This document shows, piece by piece, positions 1-11,654 of a stretch of DNA of 35,335 bases. Origin of the DNA: Patellaria atrata CBS 101060 (taxonomy: Eukaryota); assembly GCA_010093705.1 (NCBI GenBank), contig MU006097.1:1154715-1190049 (forward strand). The letters run 5' to 3'. Made by a program: the position numbers and the translations under genes. The notes beneath the pieces were generated by a model. The model was given only the letters and a program-made list of their open reading frames with translations. It was not told the DNA's origin and made no database searches. The number at the start of each line of letters is the position of its first letter. Within the stretch, counting starts at the first letter, position 1.

Positions 1-1
1 T

Positions 2-877
2 CAGCAGCTCCAGATCGAAGTCTCTCCCGGCCAGTTTATCTGTGGTCACACTCCTATGCGAGAAATGGCAGAAAAGTACCGTACCGTCCTCGTCATCGGT
101 GGCGAAGGCGAAAAATGTCGACAGGTAGCTGAAGCATACGGCTTCAAAGACGTCGTAACCCCTGGCGACATCATCAAGGATAACCAAGACACTACCCCTT
201 TCCGGAAGCTTACAGAAGACGAGCACAATAACTCCCGTCTGCGCAACTTTGCTGAGGTCGAAATCGACGCCATCTTCGTCTTCGCCGATTCTCGTGACTG
301 GGCTTCGGATCAACAGATCATTCTCGACCTCCTCATGTCCAAGAACGGACGCCTAGGCACTCGCTCGGAGAATTTCGACGAAGGACCTCCCGTATTCTTC
401 TCCCATAATGACGTCGTGTGGAGTACCTCGCACGATCTGACTCGAATCGGAATGGGTGCCCTTCGTGTATCTCTCGAAGCCATGTTCAAAGCTGTGACCG
501 GCACAGACCTCCAAACCATTGCATTCGGCAAACCACAAATAGGTACCTTCGAATTTGCTACTCGGTTGCTCCAGCAGTGGCGTAAGGAAACCCATGGGAT
601 TAACGAACCTCCCGAAACTGTGTACTTCGTTGGCGACACCCCCGAGAGCGACATCAGGGGGACCAATGAGTTCAACAATGAGGCTGAAAATACTTGGTAC
701 TCTATTTTGGTTAGGACAGGTGTGTTTAGGGAGGGCACCAAGCCGAAGTTTCAGCCAAAGGTAACGGTTGATACTGTATTGGATGCTGTGCTGCATGGGC
801 TTGAAAGAGAGCAGAAGAAGGCGTTGAAACGCCGGGTTCTAGAAGCGAGTATCGAAGCCGAGACGATTGAGGAATAA
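2..877 (+). CDS. HAD-superfamily subfamily IIA hydrolase (CECR5/HDHD5-like), 3' part; gene starts upstream of the window
   Basis: The frame is open from position 2 (QQLQIEVSPGQFICGHTPM...) to TAA at 875-877. Motifs FGKP, YFVGDTPESDIRG and SILVRTGVF are typical of HAD-IIA motifs III/IV in CECR5-like proteins. Confidence 0.85.
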   Translation, partial: QQLQIEVSPGQFICGHTPMREMAEKYRTVLVIGGEGEKCRQVAEAYGFKDVVTPGDIIKDNQDTTPFRKLTEDEHNNSRLRNFAEVEIDAIFVFADSRDWASDQQIILDLLMSKNGRLGTRSENFDEGPPVFFSHNDVVWSTSHDLTRIGMGALRVSLEAMFKAVTGTDLQTIAFGKPQIGTFEFATRLLQQWRKETHGINEPPETVYFVGDTPESDIRGTNEFNNEAENTWYSILVRTGVFREGTKPKFQPKVTVDTVLDAVLHGLEREQKKALKRRVLEASIEAETIEE

Positions 878-2420
878 TTAACGATCTTGAACGCTGCACT
901 GCATAGTCTTTGGCGTTGGCGTTTCCTCTACGGTAGAAGAGCATACGCGGAGTTTTTTCCTTGTCGGCATTCTAGAAAATTTCTTTTACTTACTTCATAG
1001 CAAGATTCCCCCTTAGAAAAGAACAGATTGAATGGTATCAAAAAGACGACCATTGGTCTCTTGGATTGAAAGTATCTCAATTGTCTCTCTCTACTTACAT
1101 ATTTGACGCTAGTCCCATCTCCAACCCGAAGTCCTATGTTACTTGGGACGTCCTCCCATTTATGCCCTTTCATCTTTTCCCGTCCACACGTCCATCTCCA
1201 TCTCCAGTTTGTGTGACGACGGACCAATCCCTTTACCCACTGACTGGGAACCTACCGGTCCTCTCCATCCTCCAAACCAACCGCTCGATGACCTTCTACG
1301 GACTTCTCTTCCTGCAAAAGTCTCTCAACACTCTTATCGGTGTTGCGACACTCGCGCTAATCCCGCAATCTGCGCGGGATGGAAGATAACGTGACCATGT
1401 AAGTGACGATAGCCTGAGAGGGAATTCCATGCGATTGTGAAATTCGTCGAGTCATCTATGGAATCGGTAGGCGCGGTCGCTGAAACGGTGGTTGAGTTCA
1501 TGTTAGATGCAGACTGAAGCGCGCCTCGTGGAAAGGCGGTTCGAGATGAGGCTAAAATGCGCAAGTCCCATCGCAAATAGATACTGTATTTGATCGGAGG
1601 AGCTCAGCACCTTTCGATCAACATCGCGCATCGCAATTAGAGAATGATACCTGTAGGCCTGCAGCGTTACTCATAGAAAGTCAATGTTGCCTTGCCCAGG
1701 TCCGCGTTACCCCATTCCACGTGGCGTGGCAGGGATAGCCACGGGAATACTAGGCCCAAAGTGGAAGCTTGCATTGAGCAAAGTTTCGTCGAACGTCGGA
1801 ACAAAAATGAGTAAAAGTAAATAGTCGAAAATAAAAGAATACTTTTTAATTACTTCGGATGGGGCAAATGCAATTCTGAAAGTTGCATTCAAATCACCGT
1901 GTTAAACTGCGTCCATATACACCATTTAGAAGGAGTCTATCAGCGGTGGGGGTGTTGTAAACGTATTCAGTCGGAATCTCTATAGTGATTGTGCCAAGAC
2001 AAATGCTCGACAGACCGCTGCTGGTATGAATGGATGGTCTTTCCCCCATTTCTTAATGTTTGTCGATGCTGTAAATAACACTCTGATAGTTACCTGGTAC
2101 AATTGAAGAGCGGAAACGATAGACCATGTCCTCGAAACAGAGAATCCTAAATATCGTGAGTTCTACCTTATTTGGAGCTGTGTGGCTATCCTCATGGACT
2201 ACCCGATTAGGTAGTTACTCTTGGCAAATGGAGTCGCCCAGTATCGGACCACCGCTTTTGCAGTCGGGGAATAATTTGAAATGCTCCACGTCGGTTATAA
2301 AATGAATTCTAACGCTCTGCGACGATCTTTGCAGTTTCAACTAGCGAATTGGCGCTGTTTTGTTAGATTAAGCCAGCAAATCGGCGCTTCGGTACCATCA
2401 AGCAGTGGCTGTCGGAGGTG

Positions 2421-2652
2421 CTATCCCCATAAACACCTGAAGATGCTACCACAAGCTTAGCAGTAGATCAACGAGGGTGTCTAAAGTCGTCTCTTAGTGG
2501 GTTCTTCGACTGGCCTAGCTAGAATAGGAGCCTACCTAGAGAAATACTAGATCGGTAGGTGGCGAAATTTCTTGAATATGGTCGATCGGAACACGATAGC
2601 ACTGACTGGGCGCCTAAGGTGTGGTAGCATCTTCAAGTGTTTATAGGATATA
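2421..2652. mobile_element. Putative MITE / foldback element (~230 bp) with terminal inverted repeats
   Basis: 2429-2453 ATAAACACCTGAAGATGCTACCACA is the reverse complement of 2620-2644 TGTGGTAGCATCTTCAAGTGTTTAT with 1 mismatch in 25. The arms extend imperfectly to TA dinucleotides at both outer ends. No coding capacity. Confidence 0.6.
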
Positions 2653-3713
2653 GTATTGTAGCCTTGAGACGCATCGCGAATTTTGTTTTCGCAAACTAGA
2701 TATTTCTACTCCTAGCTGTTTGTGCTTTTAAATAAATGGCTCGTTTTTCAAGTACATGACTCTTTTTTTTTTTCCTTTAGTTTCGAATACGATAGCCAAA
2801 ACTTAACGCTTCAAAATAACAAGACCCAGGACTTTAAGACCGATGCGCCAATTAATTGGCTGAATCTTACAGAATACCACCAAATGGCTATTTGAAACTG
2901 CGAAGATTGACGTGGGACATTCAAACACATTCCTCTTTGTAGCCACGACGCGGTGCTAGGACTACCCAAAAGGGAAGCGTGACCAAAATTCGTCGAACGC
3001 CTATTGTCGTGGTAAACACATTGCCGGAATAGGTAGTCACAGTGGATGGTCAGTGGATCGAATTTTAAACACTCTCTTTTCGCATAAGAGTAATATTCGG
3101 GGGCAAACGTGGTAGGATTTTCAAGGGGTGGTTTTGAAGAGGGGTTCTCTTTCAAATCAGATAATTTAATGGATTCACAAACACAACATCAACAGAGGCA
3201 CGAGCGGAAGCCCAAGAACTCCATATCGTTTTCTTTTGTTAAACTACTCTTCTGCAAATACCAACCTCTGACCAGAGAAAAGAAACAAATTTAACTAACA
3301 GATACCAGTGTGAATTGAATAGTTTGTAGTTTGCACGCCCGACTTGCGAGGGGAAATTAGTAGAAGTAGGTAAGGAGGATTCAGCTGGTAAAGCAAGACC
3401 ATGTTAGGATCTCGCTTCCCATCCGAATTCTCCGCTGGTGCACTCAGTCCGCTAGATCCTGGGCTGTAGGCACTCCCGTTTGGGGAACTTCTCTTCTTCT
3501 GCTGCATGACGGCTCCTTCGTTAAGGAGCTTCAGCAGTCTCGTAGCATGCATGCTAGGGTCGGGTCCAGAGCTGAATGATCAGATGTCACCTCTAGTACG
3601 AGGTGTGAAGGAGTGATCTGGTTTTCCCTCGTACGAGTTGGGAAACCTAATAGGCTAGGTAAGCTGTTTAAGCGTCAAGTGCTGCATAAGTACGGCTGGA
3701 AAATTGTCGATAA

Positions 3714-6700
3714 TCAGTCGTAGCTCCCAACACCAATCTGACTCGCAAAAGCCGTCGAAACGCTCCTAACATCATCATCGTCGAACGCACCGCCGCCACC
3801 ACGTCCAATGCCCCGTCCGAAGCCGCGCTCATGGTTGTCATTTCCGCGGCCGCTAGACTCAACGTAGCGCTTGAGACGATCCGACTGACTAAGGCTCGTG
3901 GGCTTGGCTGTATCATTGAGAGATAGACCAGTGAGACTAACGCCGCCTTTCTCGTTGACGCTGCCAGTCATATCAGTGAGTTCACTCGCCGCGATACTCT
4001 CACCCGCGACAGAGCTCGCAACGTCGTTATGCTTGGGCTTAGAGCCCAGACCGCCGCGAGCGCCTTGGAGAGTAGGCCATGCTTCAGTAAAGCCTTGGAA
4101 CATTGGCGGGTAGTTAGATGGCATGCCCACTCCCCCACCGAGAGCTGAAGAGTGCACAGAGGAAACGTCGTCGGGGATGTAGCCAACAATAGAGCCGCCG
4201 TCGTTGTAGTCGTGACGTTGGGGTTTACCGTTCATTCTGCCAGCTGCCATGTTGGACGCCGCTTGCATTGCCATTTGGTAGCGCTGAGGGCCGCGGTAGT
4301 TTTGCTTCGGCCGGCTGAACTGTAGAAGTGAGACTTGGAGGTTGGACAATGGTCCTTCAACGAGGCAGTTCCGCTCCTTGAAATGGAGGAGTAGATAATG
4401 CCACAAGGGGTGCTTTGAGAGGACCTTCGGGTTACCGAGGATGACTAGTCCATATTTGGCACGTGTAAGAGCAACGTTGAGACGGCGAGGGTCGCTTAGG
4501 AAACCAATGCCTTGGTGGTCATTAGAGCGGACGCAAGAGAGAACGATAAAGTCTTTCTCACGACCCTGGAATGCATCTACTGACGCAACCTCCACCTCTT
4601 TGTAAGTCTCTTTCTTGAATGTGCCAGTCGCTTGCATACTGCTGACCACATAGCTACGCTGTCCCTCATACGGGGTGATAATACCAATATCCTGAGGCTT
4701 TACACCCGCCTTGAAGAATCTAGTTACGATCTTCTCGACGTTGGAAGCTTCCGTGCGATTAAGGTAGGATGTACCAGACGCTGAAATTTCTTCGTTGCCA
4801 AGATTAGACCAGAACATCATGGGAGCATCAACCACAGGCCAGGGGAAGTCTACCTCGCGTCGTAGACGCTGTTGCATGGTAACACCGTTCTGCAAAGAAC
4901 CCTCGTAGAACATGTTCGACGGAAATTCGGATAAGCAAGGATGCATACGATATTGTACTTGGAGTCTGATTGGTGCACATCCTAGGATAACAAGACGCTC
5001 GAATAGAGACTGATTGAGGCCAGCCTTCGCTGCCTTCTTATTCATGATTACAGGTCCGAGCTGTTGATGATCTCCAACTAGCACGACCTGTTTACATCCG
5101 AGAACGAGGGGAATCATACACTCTGGCTCAGCTGATTGAGTGGACTCGTCGATCAAAACAGTGCGGAACTTGAATTTTGACAAACGGGGATCTCCTGCAC
5201 CAACACAAGTGCAACAGATAACGTCCGCATTGCTCAAGATCTCACGCTCCGCAGCTCGGGTGAGTTGCTTGAATTTCTTCTCATCCTGACTAGACAATTC
5301 CCCCAGCTCGGCCTTGAGCTGATTGAGTTTGTTCAATTCAACGTTGGTATCATTCATGCGGACTTGTTCATGAAGTGACAAGAACCCAACGGATGATTCG
5401 ACATCCTCACGAGACTTAGCCGTTACACGAACAGTCTTCAATCCAGTACGATGGATACGTTCGCATAGCTGGTCAACGGCGACGTTAGAAGGTGCACAAA
5501 CAAGGACTTGTCCACCATTGATCTTCGCGAGATGGTAAATGATAGTGGCAGAAGTGACCGTTTTGCCAGTCCCAGGAGGCCCCTGAATCAAGCTGAGGGG
5601 TTTCTGAATAACGCTCTTGACCGCGTTGATCTGACTGTTATTTAATTCAGGAAGGCCTGGTACGCTAAACTTACGAGGAAGCTGGGTCTTCATCGGTGCT
5701 GCAGCAACTTCATGACCAAGTAGACGGTGGAAGATGTAACCGGAGACGCTCATTTCGTCAATGGCGAAAGTCTTCATAGCATGTTGCATGCGATCGAATG
5801 AGGTAGCTTTCCACACATAATCAGCACTAAAATTATGTGTACACTCCGTTGCGACAGACTTGTGATCTCCCTTAGTGCGTAACTCGATAGTGACCTCGTC
5901 GGATTGATTGTTTGGAATCTTGATAACGTAACCAACCCCTTCCCAGTGTGGCCTAAGTTCTCCGGAGTATCTGAGTCGCATCTCGTCTCCGACTGCTAAC
6001 TTGACATCACCTAGCTCTAATTTGGGTAGTACAAAGCTCGCAAGGTGCTTGTTGTTGAGACCAACATCCCAGCGGACAACCAGCCCATCTTGTGATTGAG
6101 CTTCCTTCAACTTCCGATCATAATCTGCCTCAATTTTTACGAGCGGTCCAAATACGTTCTGGTATTGGTAGGCATCATCGTATCGGAGTAACACCGGAGC
6201 AGGCTCATCGTCAACTCCAGCCCCTTTTTCCAGATCGGCCACGGTGGCGTTCGCATTATCCTTCCACATTTCTTCTAACTTGGCGATCATCTGCGGGCTA
6301 AGATGTCTCGCACGAAGCTGCTCCTGATCTGATGGGGCTGATACAAGCCATGGAAGGAAAGATCGGTCCTCGATGAGTGGTTGCCACCTTGAAGTATCCC
6401 AGTTCATGTCCTTCGAAGATGGCATTGCCGCACATGGTTGGCGGCATAGAAGAACAACTACTGTATCCGATTTGGCGGGAATGAATCCAAGGAGGAAGAC
6501 GTTCTTCGTACCGCAATTGTAGCATTCCAACACAGTATCTCCTAGAGAGGAGAGAGAATGTAGCTGCACCTCTTTGTGGCGCGCTCGAACAAGGTGGTTA
6601 ATAATATGGGAGGACGAGGTATTCCCGCGAGCGCTGCAGAACCATTTGTTACAGGTTAAGCATTTGACTACACTGCTTGTGTTGTGGATCCCACAATATC

Positions 6701-7031
6701 TAGAAAATCATTGAAATTAGCTTGAGCACGCAAAACTACTACACCTATGCTAGTAGACATACGCGCAAGCATGACTGGGTAGCTCAACTTCCTCCTCCAC
6801 TTTATGTTTTCCTTTGCCATTCGCACCATGCACGGCCATGCTAGCCATACTCTCTACATCATCGTCGTCGTAGACGTCGGTCTCTTCATCATCGTCCAGG
6901 CGTCTTCGGCGCTCACCGGTGAGTCCCCGGCCGAACTCGCCATCTAGAATACTTTCATCATCTCCAGCGTTTATGGTGGAAGCCGAATCTGAGATCAAGT
7001 GGTTACTTAGATGCGTAAATGCCCCTTCCAT
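3714..7031 (-). CDS. NAM7: ATP-dependent RNA helicase Upf1/Nam7 (nonsense-mediated decay), ~1084 aa; exons 7031-6763, 6699-3714
   Basis: The CH zinc domain HACAYCGIH...CNKWFC...HIINHLV is rebuilt across a 63-nt GTATGT..GCTAAT..TAG intron (6762-6700). SF1 helicase motifs [35 protein letters not shown] and LNVALTRAK are present. Confidence 0.98.
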
Positions 7032-7638
7032 GACCAGGTGGCCTCGTTGGACGAGGGGCTTGCGAGGCTGTGATGGTTGTATGTCCTATTGGTTTTCTCC
7101 TGAAAAGTTTTTAAGCGCCAGTTTCTCAGAAAAGTGTTACTGGTCCACTACGTCCAGTACGTGGAAGAGTTACAGGAACCTAGGGAGGTGTAGGTGGCGG
7201 AAGAAGCTTTGATGGGTGAACCGACCTCGCTTCGGTGCGGGAATGAAGGGTAGACGCTTAGGGTTGCGGCGAAGAACCGGTCTAATAATCGGCCTTTCAC
7301 GGTACCTAAGACACAGTATGTAAGGAAAAGAAAAGAAAAGGAATGTTAGAAGAGATCTTTATTGGAAAAAATCGAAGAATTAAGCTACAGTGAACCACGG
7401 AAGGTCATAACTGAGCTGTCAGTACCCGGTCAATGGTTGAAGCTTCCTCGCCCAAATTCCGAGCAAAGAAGTGCCAAGAGTTTACTCCAAAATTTATATC
7501 GACCTTTTGCTTCACTTCTGAACAGCTCACAAATCTATACTAACAACGTCGTTACACAGCCATAAAGAAGGATAGCGAAAGCTATTAAAACCAGGCAACA
7601 GACATAAAGTGCCACTGTCCTAATTGCTTCTCTCCAAC
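7032..7638. promoter_or_regulatory. Divergent (probably bidirectional) promoter region between UPF1 and IMP4
   Basis: 607 bp lie between head-to-head start codons at 7031 (-) and 7639 (+). The region contains TTAGGGTTG at 7258-7266. Confidence 0.55.
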
Positions 7639-8587
7639 ATGATTGTATGCTAACCCCCCTCTACCACTCCGGTATTCCCTCTCTAATCTGCCACAGCGCC
7701 GCAATGCTCGCCAACGACGCGATTACCTCTACCGGCGCGCCCTCACCCTCCGCGATGCCGAAATCGCCGCCAAACGTAGCGCCCTTAAAAAGTCTCTCGC
7801 AACGGGAAAACCACTCGACAGCTCAATCGCCAACGATACTACTTTGCGGGCCGACTACGCCTACGACGAAACGCGGGCCGACCGGACCGCAGAAGATGAG
7901 CTCGACCTCGACGACGAATACGCGCAATTATCCGGCGTCGTGGACCCGCGTGTACTGGTAACAACCTCCCGCGACCCGAGTTCAAGGTTAGGCGGTTTCG
8001 CAAAGGAGATTAGGTTGCTTTTGCCGACGAGTATAAGGTTGAACAGGGGAAATTTAGTCATGGGGAATATGGTGTCGAGTGCTCTAGCCGCGGGACTGAG
8101 TGATATTGTGCTTTTGCACGAACATAGGGGGACGCCAACTGCGATGACTATTTCGCATTTTCCTCATGGACCGACGGCGAGCTTTTCACTCCATAATGTG
8201 GTATTACGCCACGATATACCGAATGCGACAAGGGGAACTGTTAGTGAGAGTTACCCACATCTAATCTTTGACGGGTTTACTACAAAGCTGGGTCAGCGGG
8301 TCGTTAAGATTTTGAAGCATTTGTGGCCACCAAGAGAGCCGATTATTGGATCGAAGAATCTAGGGAGTAGGGTTGTGACGTTCAAGAATATCGACGATAA
8401 CATTGAAATGCGGCACCATGTGTTTGTGAGGACAGGGTATGATAGCGTGGAATTAGCGGAAGTGGGACCTAGGATGTCATTGAGGCTATTCGAGATTAGA
8501 GGTGGGACACTTGATAATAAGGACGGAGATGTCGAGTGGCACTTGAATCAGTATACCCGGACGAGTCGTAAGAAAGATTACTTGTAA
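7639..8587 (+). CDS. IMP4: U3 snoRNP protein Imp4 (Brix domain), ~298 aa; exons 7639-7644, 7697-8587
   Basis: ATG ATT, then a GTATGC..CTAAT..CAG intron (7645-7696), gives [17 protein letters not shown]. Brix motifs [25 protein letters not shown] and LAEVGPRM are present, with the C-terminal [11 protein letters not shown]. Confidence 0.96.
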
Positions 8588-9007
8588 ATGCCGAGTGGGT
8601 TCGGTACCTAGGAAGATATCATGCATTGTCGGCGTTCGAGAAGCGAGCATTCACAGGAGTTACGGCAATCGAAATAATTAGTCGTTTCGTTTCATACATC
8701 ATGAGCCCTCATTGCTCTCAGCGCCGATACGCATCGCAAGTGGAAAGAAATAGCAAAGTAAACAGGAACCACAGAAAACAATAACGCCGTATCACCTAGC
8801 CCGCCGCCCTGATAGTGAAAGGAAAACTGAAAAGATGACATTGAGACGAGATGCAAAAACGACACGCTCTGCTAATGCATCCAGATGCTAGCAACACAGA
8901 TGATAACACGAGATCAAAATGGATCTAAAGGACATGTAGAACAGGAGGCGCCATGGTGGTATGATGCAGAGGAAGATGCAAAGTCCAGAGATGCAGAACG
9001 GTATCTA

Positions 9008-11032
9008 CTAAGAACGAGATCGAGAAATTGTGCCAACACTTCCTACGCGGCCGCTCGTCTTTCGCACCGATGTCTTGCCTTCAGTGCTACGGCGGGTAGG
9101 GCTGGATCTTTGCTTAACAACGCTCATTGTTGCCGCACCATTACCACTCTTTGAGTTTGAGGGAGTCTTTGGTCGCGACATTCGATTTTCAACGTCACTT
9201 TCGCCGTAACTCCACTCCTCCTTCGTTGTGGTGGTAGTCGTAGTAGTCATGCTTACGGCTCTTCTTCCGTCCTTGGTGCTAGGTGACCTTCCTGATGGAG
9301 ATCGTGAGGCTTTTCGAGACATGGCTAGAACCCTCAATTGATACTCCTCTTCGCTCTCAGAGTCATTTCTTGTTATGCGGTGCATAGAGACAACTTCTGT
9401 GTCGGGATGAACATATGGACCGTCCTCGTATATGCTATTCGACTTGTTATTCGTGCCATAGACCTTACTTGTTTTCCTCGGTTGACCTGGAGTCGGAGCG
9501 GGAAGGTTTTCATTTGATACCGACGCCTGTGGGACCTGATCGTTGGAACGGATTTCTCCGAGAGCGGAACGTTTCTGATTCCCATGGGGTGGTGTGAACG
9601 TCTGGCCATTGCTGTGATGACGATGCTTGTGTGAAGCCCTGGTCGGTGTTGATGGCATCATAGCTGCGAGTTTTTCCTTCATAGAATCCTCGAACCACCA
9701 TTCACGGAATGTACCTTGGTTTAGATGCAACCAATGCTGTTGAGGCCCGACAACCATCCCTGGACGCATAAAGCGCATAAATGCAATGACTTCATTTGCG
9801 GTAAACCCGTGCCTGTAGATAAGGTATGCTCCTATCAAACACCCTGTCCTTCCGAGGCCAGCTTTGCAATGTACCGCAATACCTTTCTTTCTGACCGTTA
9901 TCATCTCATGTGCCATGTTGATAAACTTTCTGACATATGTTAACGGCGGGCAAGTCCCGTCGTCAAAGATCATGTCCTTGTGCTTGATCCCTAATGCCTG
10001 GAAATATGATGGCGAGTACAATTGCGAATTCAGTCGTACAACGAGGCCAATGTTGCGTGTAGCAAAGTGCGATAGGACGTTTTTGACTGGAATAGGAATA
10101 TTCGCTTTCTGTATTTCATTCACATTCCTTGGGAGTTTCGCGTATTCTGGGGACGATTCAGAAATTGGGTCGATTATTTTTGTTTGCGGAGACGCAAATG
10201 CAAGGAAATGGGGGGTAAGCCAGTTGAAATCTCCCATGTCGACGCGTTCGTACGTCTCATATCTGTTCCACCATCAGCAACTGCTCGTTTCTCCACTTTG
10301 AGTAAACTTACTCCTCCAAACTAAATTCTCTTAATCCACATAGTCCTTCCTCCTTAGCTTTCCAGACTCCGTACACTACGTCCTGTATGGTGAGACCATA
10401 ATCTGCTTGACTGTATCCAGCATCCCGGAATGGCATGCACGGAGGATCCATTTGAGCAATTGGCGCAAGCGCGAGATGGGGTGGCCAAGACTGGATCAAG
10501 ACCATATAGCATGCTAATATGCATGCAGCATTTGCTCGAGCTAGGTTTTCAAGATCAGTTAATGATCTACTGTACGCCGGGGTTAAAATACCTCTCGAGT
10601 CCGCATAGCTCCAAAATACCACACTACGGTTCTCGTTCGCAGAATCCCCTAGCACATCGTGTAATTGGACCGCGAATCTGTATAAGTGTCCAATGTGCAA
10701 TGGTCCAAAGTCGGCGTGGAATGCATTGTACAGAAGACTGTCGTCAATAGAAAAGTAGACAGGAGGCTTTGTATTCAAGTTGCTGGTAGATGGTGTAGGC
10801 CCAGCTTGCGCTCTAGAGCGTTTTGTTGGTGAGCGGGTGGGCTTTACTGGGTACGGGAAAGGTGTCTTAGGTGTTGGGGGATGAGTGTATGAGGCAAGGT
10901 ACAAGCGATCTAATTTTCATTAAGTAGTAGATCCAAATACGATATTTACGGTGACATACCTTGAATGTACTCGATGACTTGCCCATAACTAGTCGCAGAA
11001 CCAGTCGCCATCTCGGCGGCGGTTGATGACAT
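9008..11032 (-). CDS. CDC14: Dual-specificity protein phosphatase Cdc14, ~624 aa; exons 11032-10960, 10909-10592, 10540-10312, 10262-9008
   Basis: N-terminal DSPn motifs IEYIQDRLYLA, FHADFGPL and PFRDAGYS; catalytic HCKAGLGRTG; RFMRPGMVVGPQQ; S/T-P-rich disordered tail. Three GT-AG introns give a continuous frame. Confidence 0.96.
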
Positions 11033-11654
11033 TGTTGTACTTGCAATGTCAATACCTAAATTCTTTCCGTATGTGGAAGATGAAGATTGTATGCGTTCTG
11101 CGTTCGTTTTCGTCTCGATGTGAACGTGCGGTCAGTGTTGGTGTCTAGTACCAGGGCGGCGGACTTGGAGACGCGAGAAAAGATAAAACAGATAATATAA
11201 TGCGCAAGCTCTCGGACGCTGATGATCTACTCTCTGAACAAATAAAGAAGAACTCGTAAAGATGGGAACGTTGTTGAGTAGAGACTGGAAGAGATCGAGA
11301 GATGGAGGCTTTGATTTTCTATGTGAGACCCGACGCATTGTTATTATTGATGTTTACCGCTCTAACATCTAACCCTCTTTGGATTAGTGTCGTTGTTAGG
11401 CAGGACTCGACAACTTGGCTTGTGCTCGTCTCAGCATACCGTCGGGTAACCTGCCGACATTCGACCAGTCTTTCGTCAAGAATATATGTTGTCGCCTTAA
11501 ATTTGGAAAGCGATATCTTCCTTTCTTATAGTATCCAGGCGAATTCCGTTCACATAGCTCATCCAAATTGTCAAATATTATCATTTCCCTTCGTACGACA
11601 AAGAGTTGCAACTCGGGAATTGAGCCTACTGTCGAATAATTAACCATTGACGAG

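Noticed and set aside
928..1900. Short ORFs on both strands, including minus-strand MNSTTVSATAPTDSIDDSTNF (1501-1334)
   Set aside because: Protein-like fragments fall in different frames with no recognisable domain or consistent splice model; at most a decayed gene.
7258..7266. Telomerase RNA template candidates (AACCCTAA here; CTAACCCT near 11369)
   Set aside because: Both lie in ~600-bp divergent promoters or leaders, too small for a filamentous-fungal telomerase RNA, and no supporting structure was seen.
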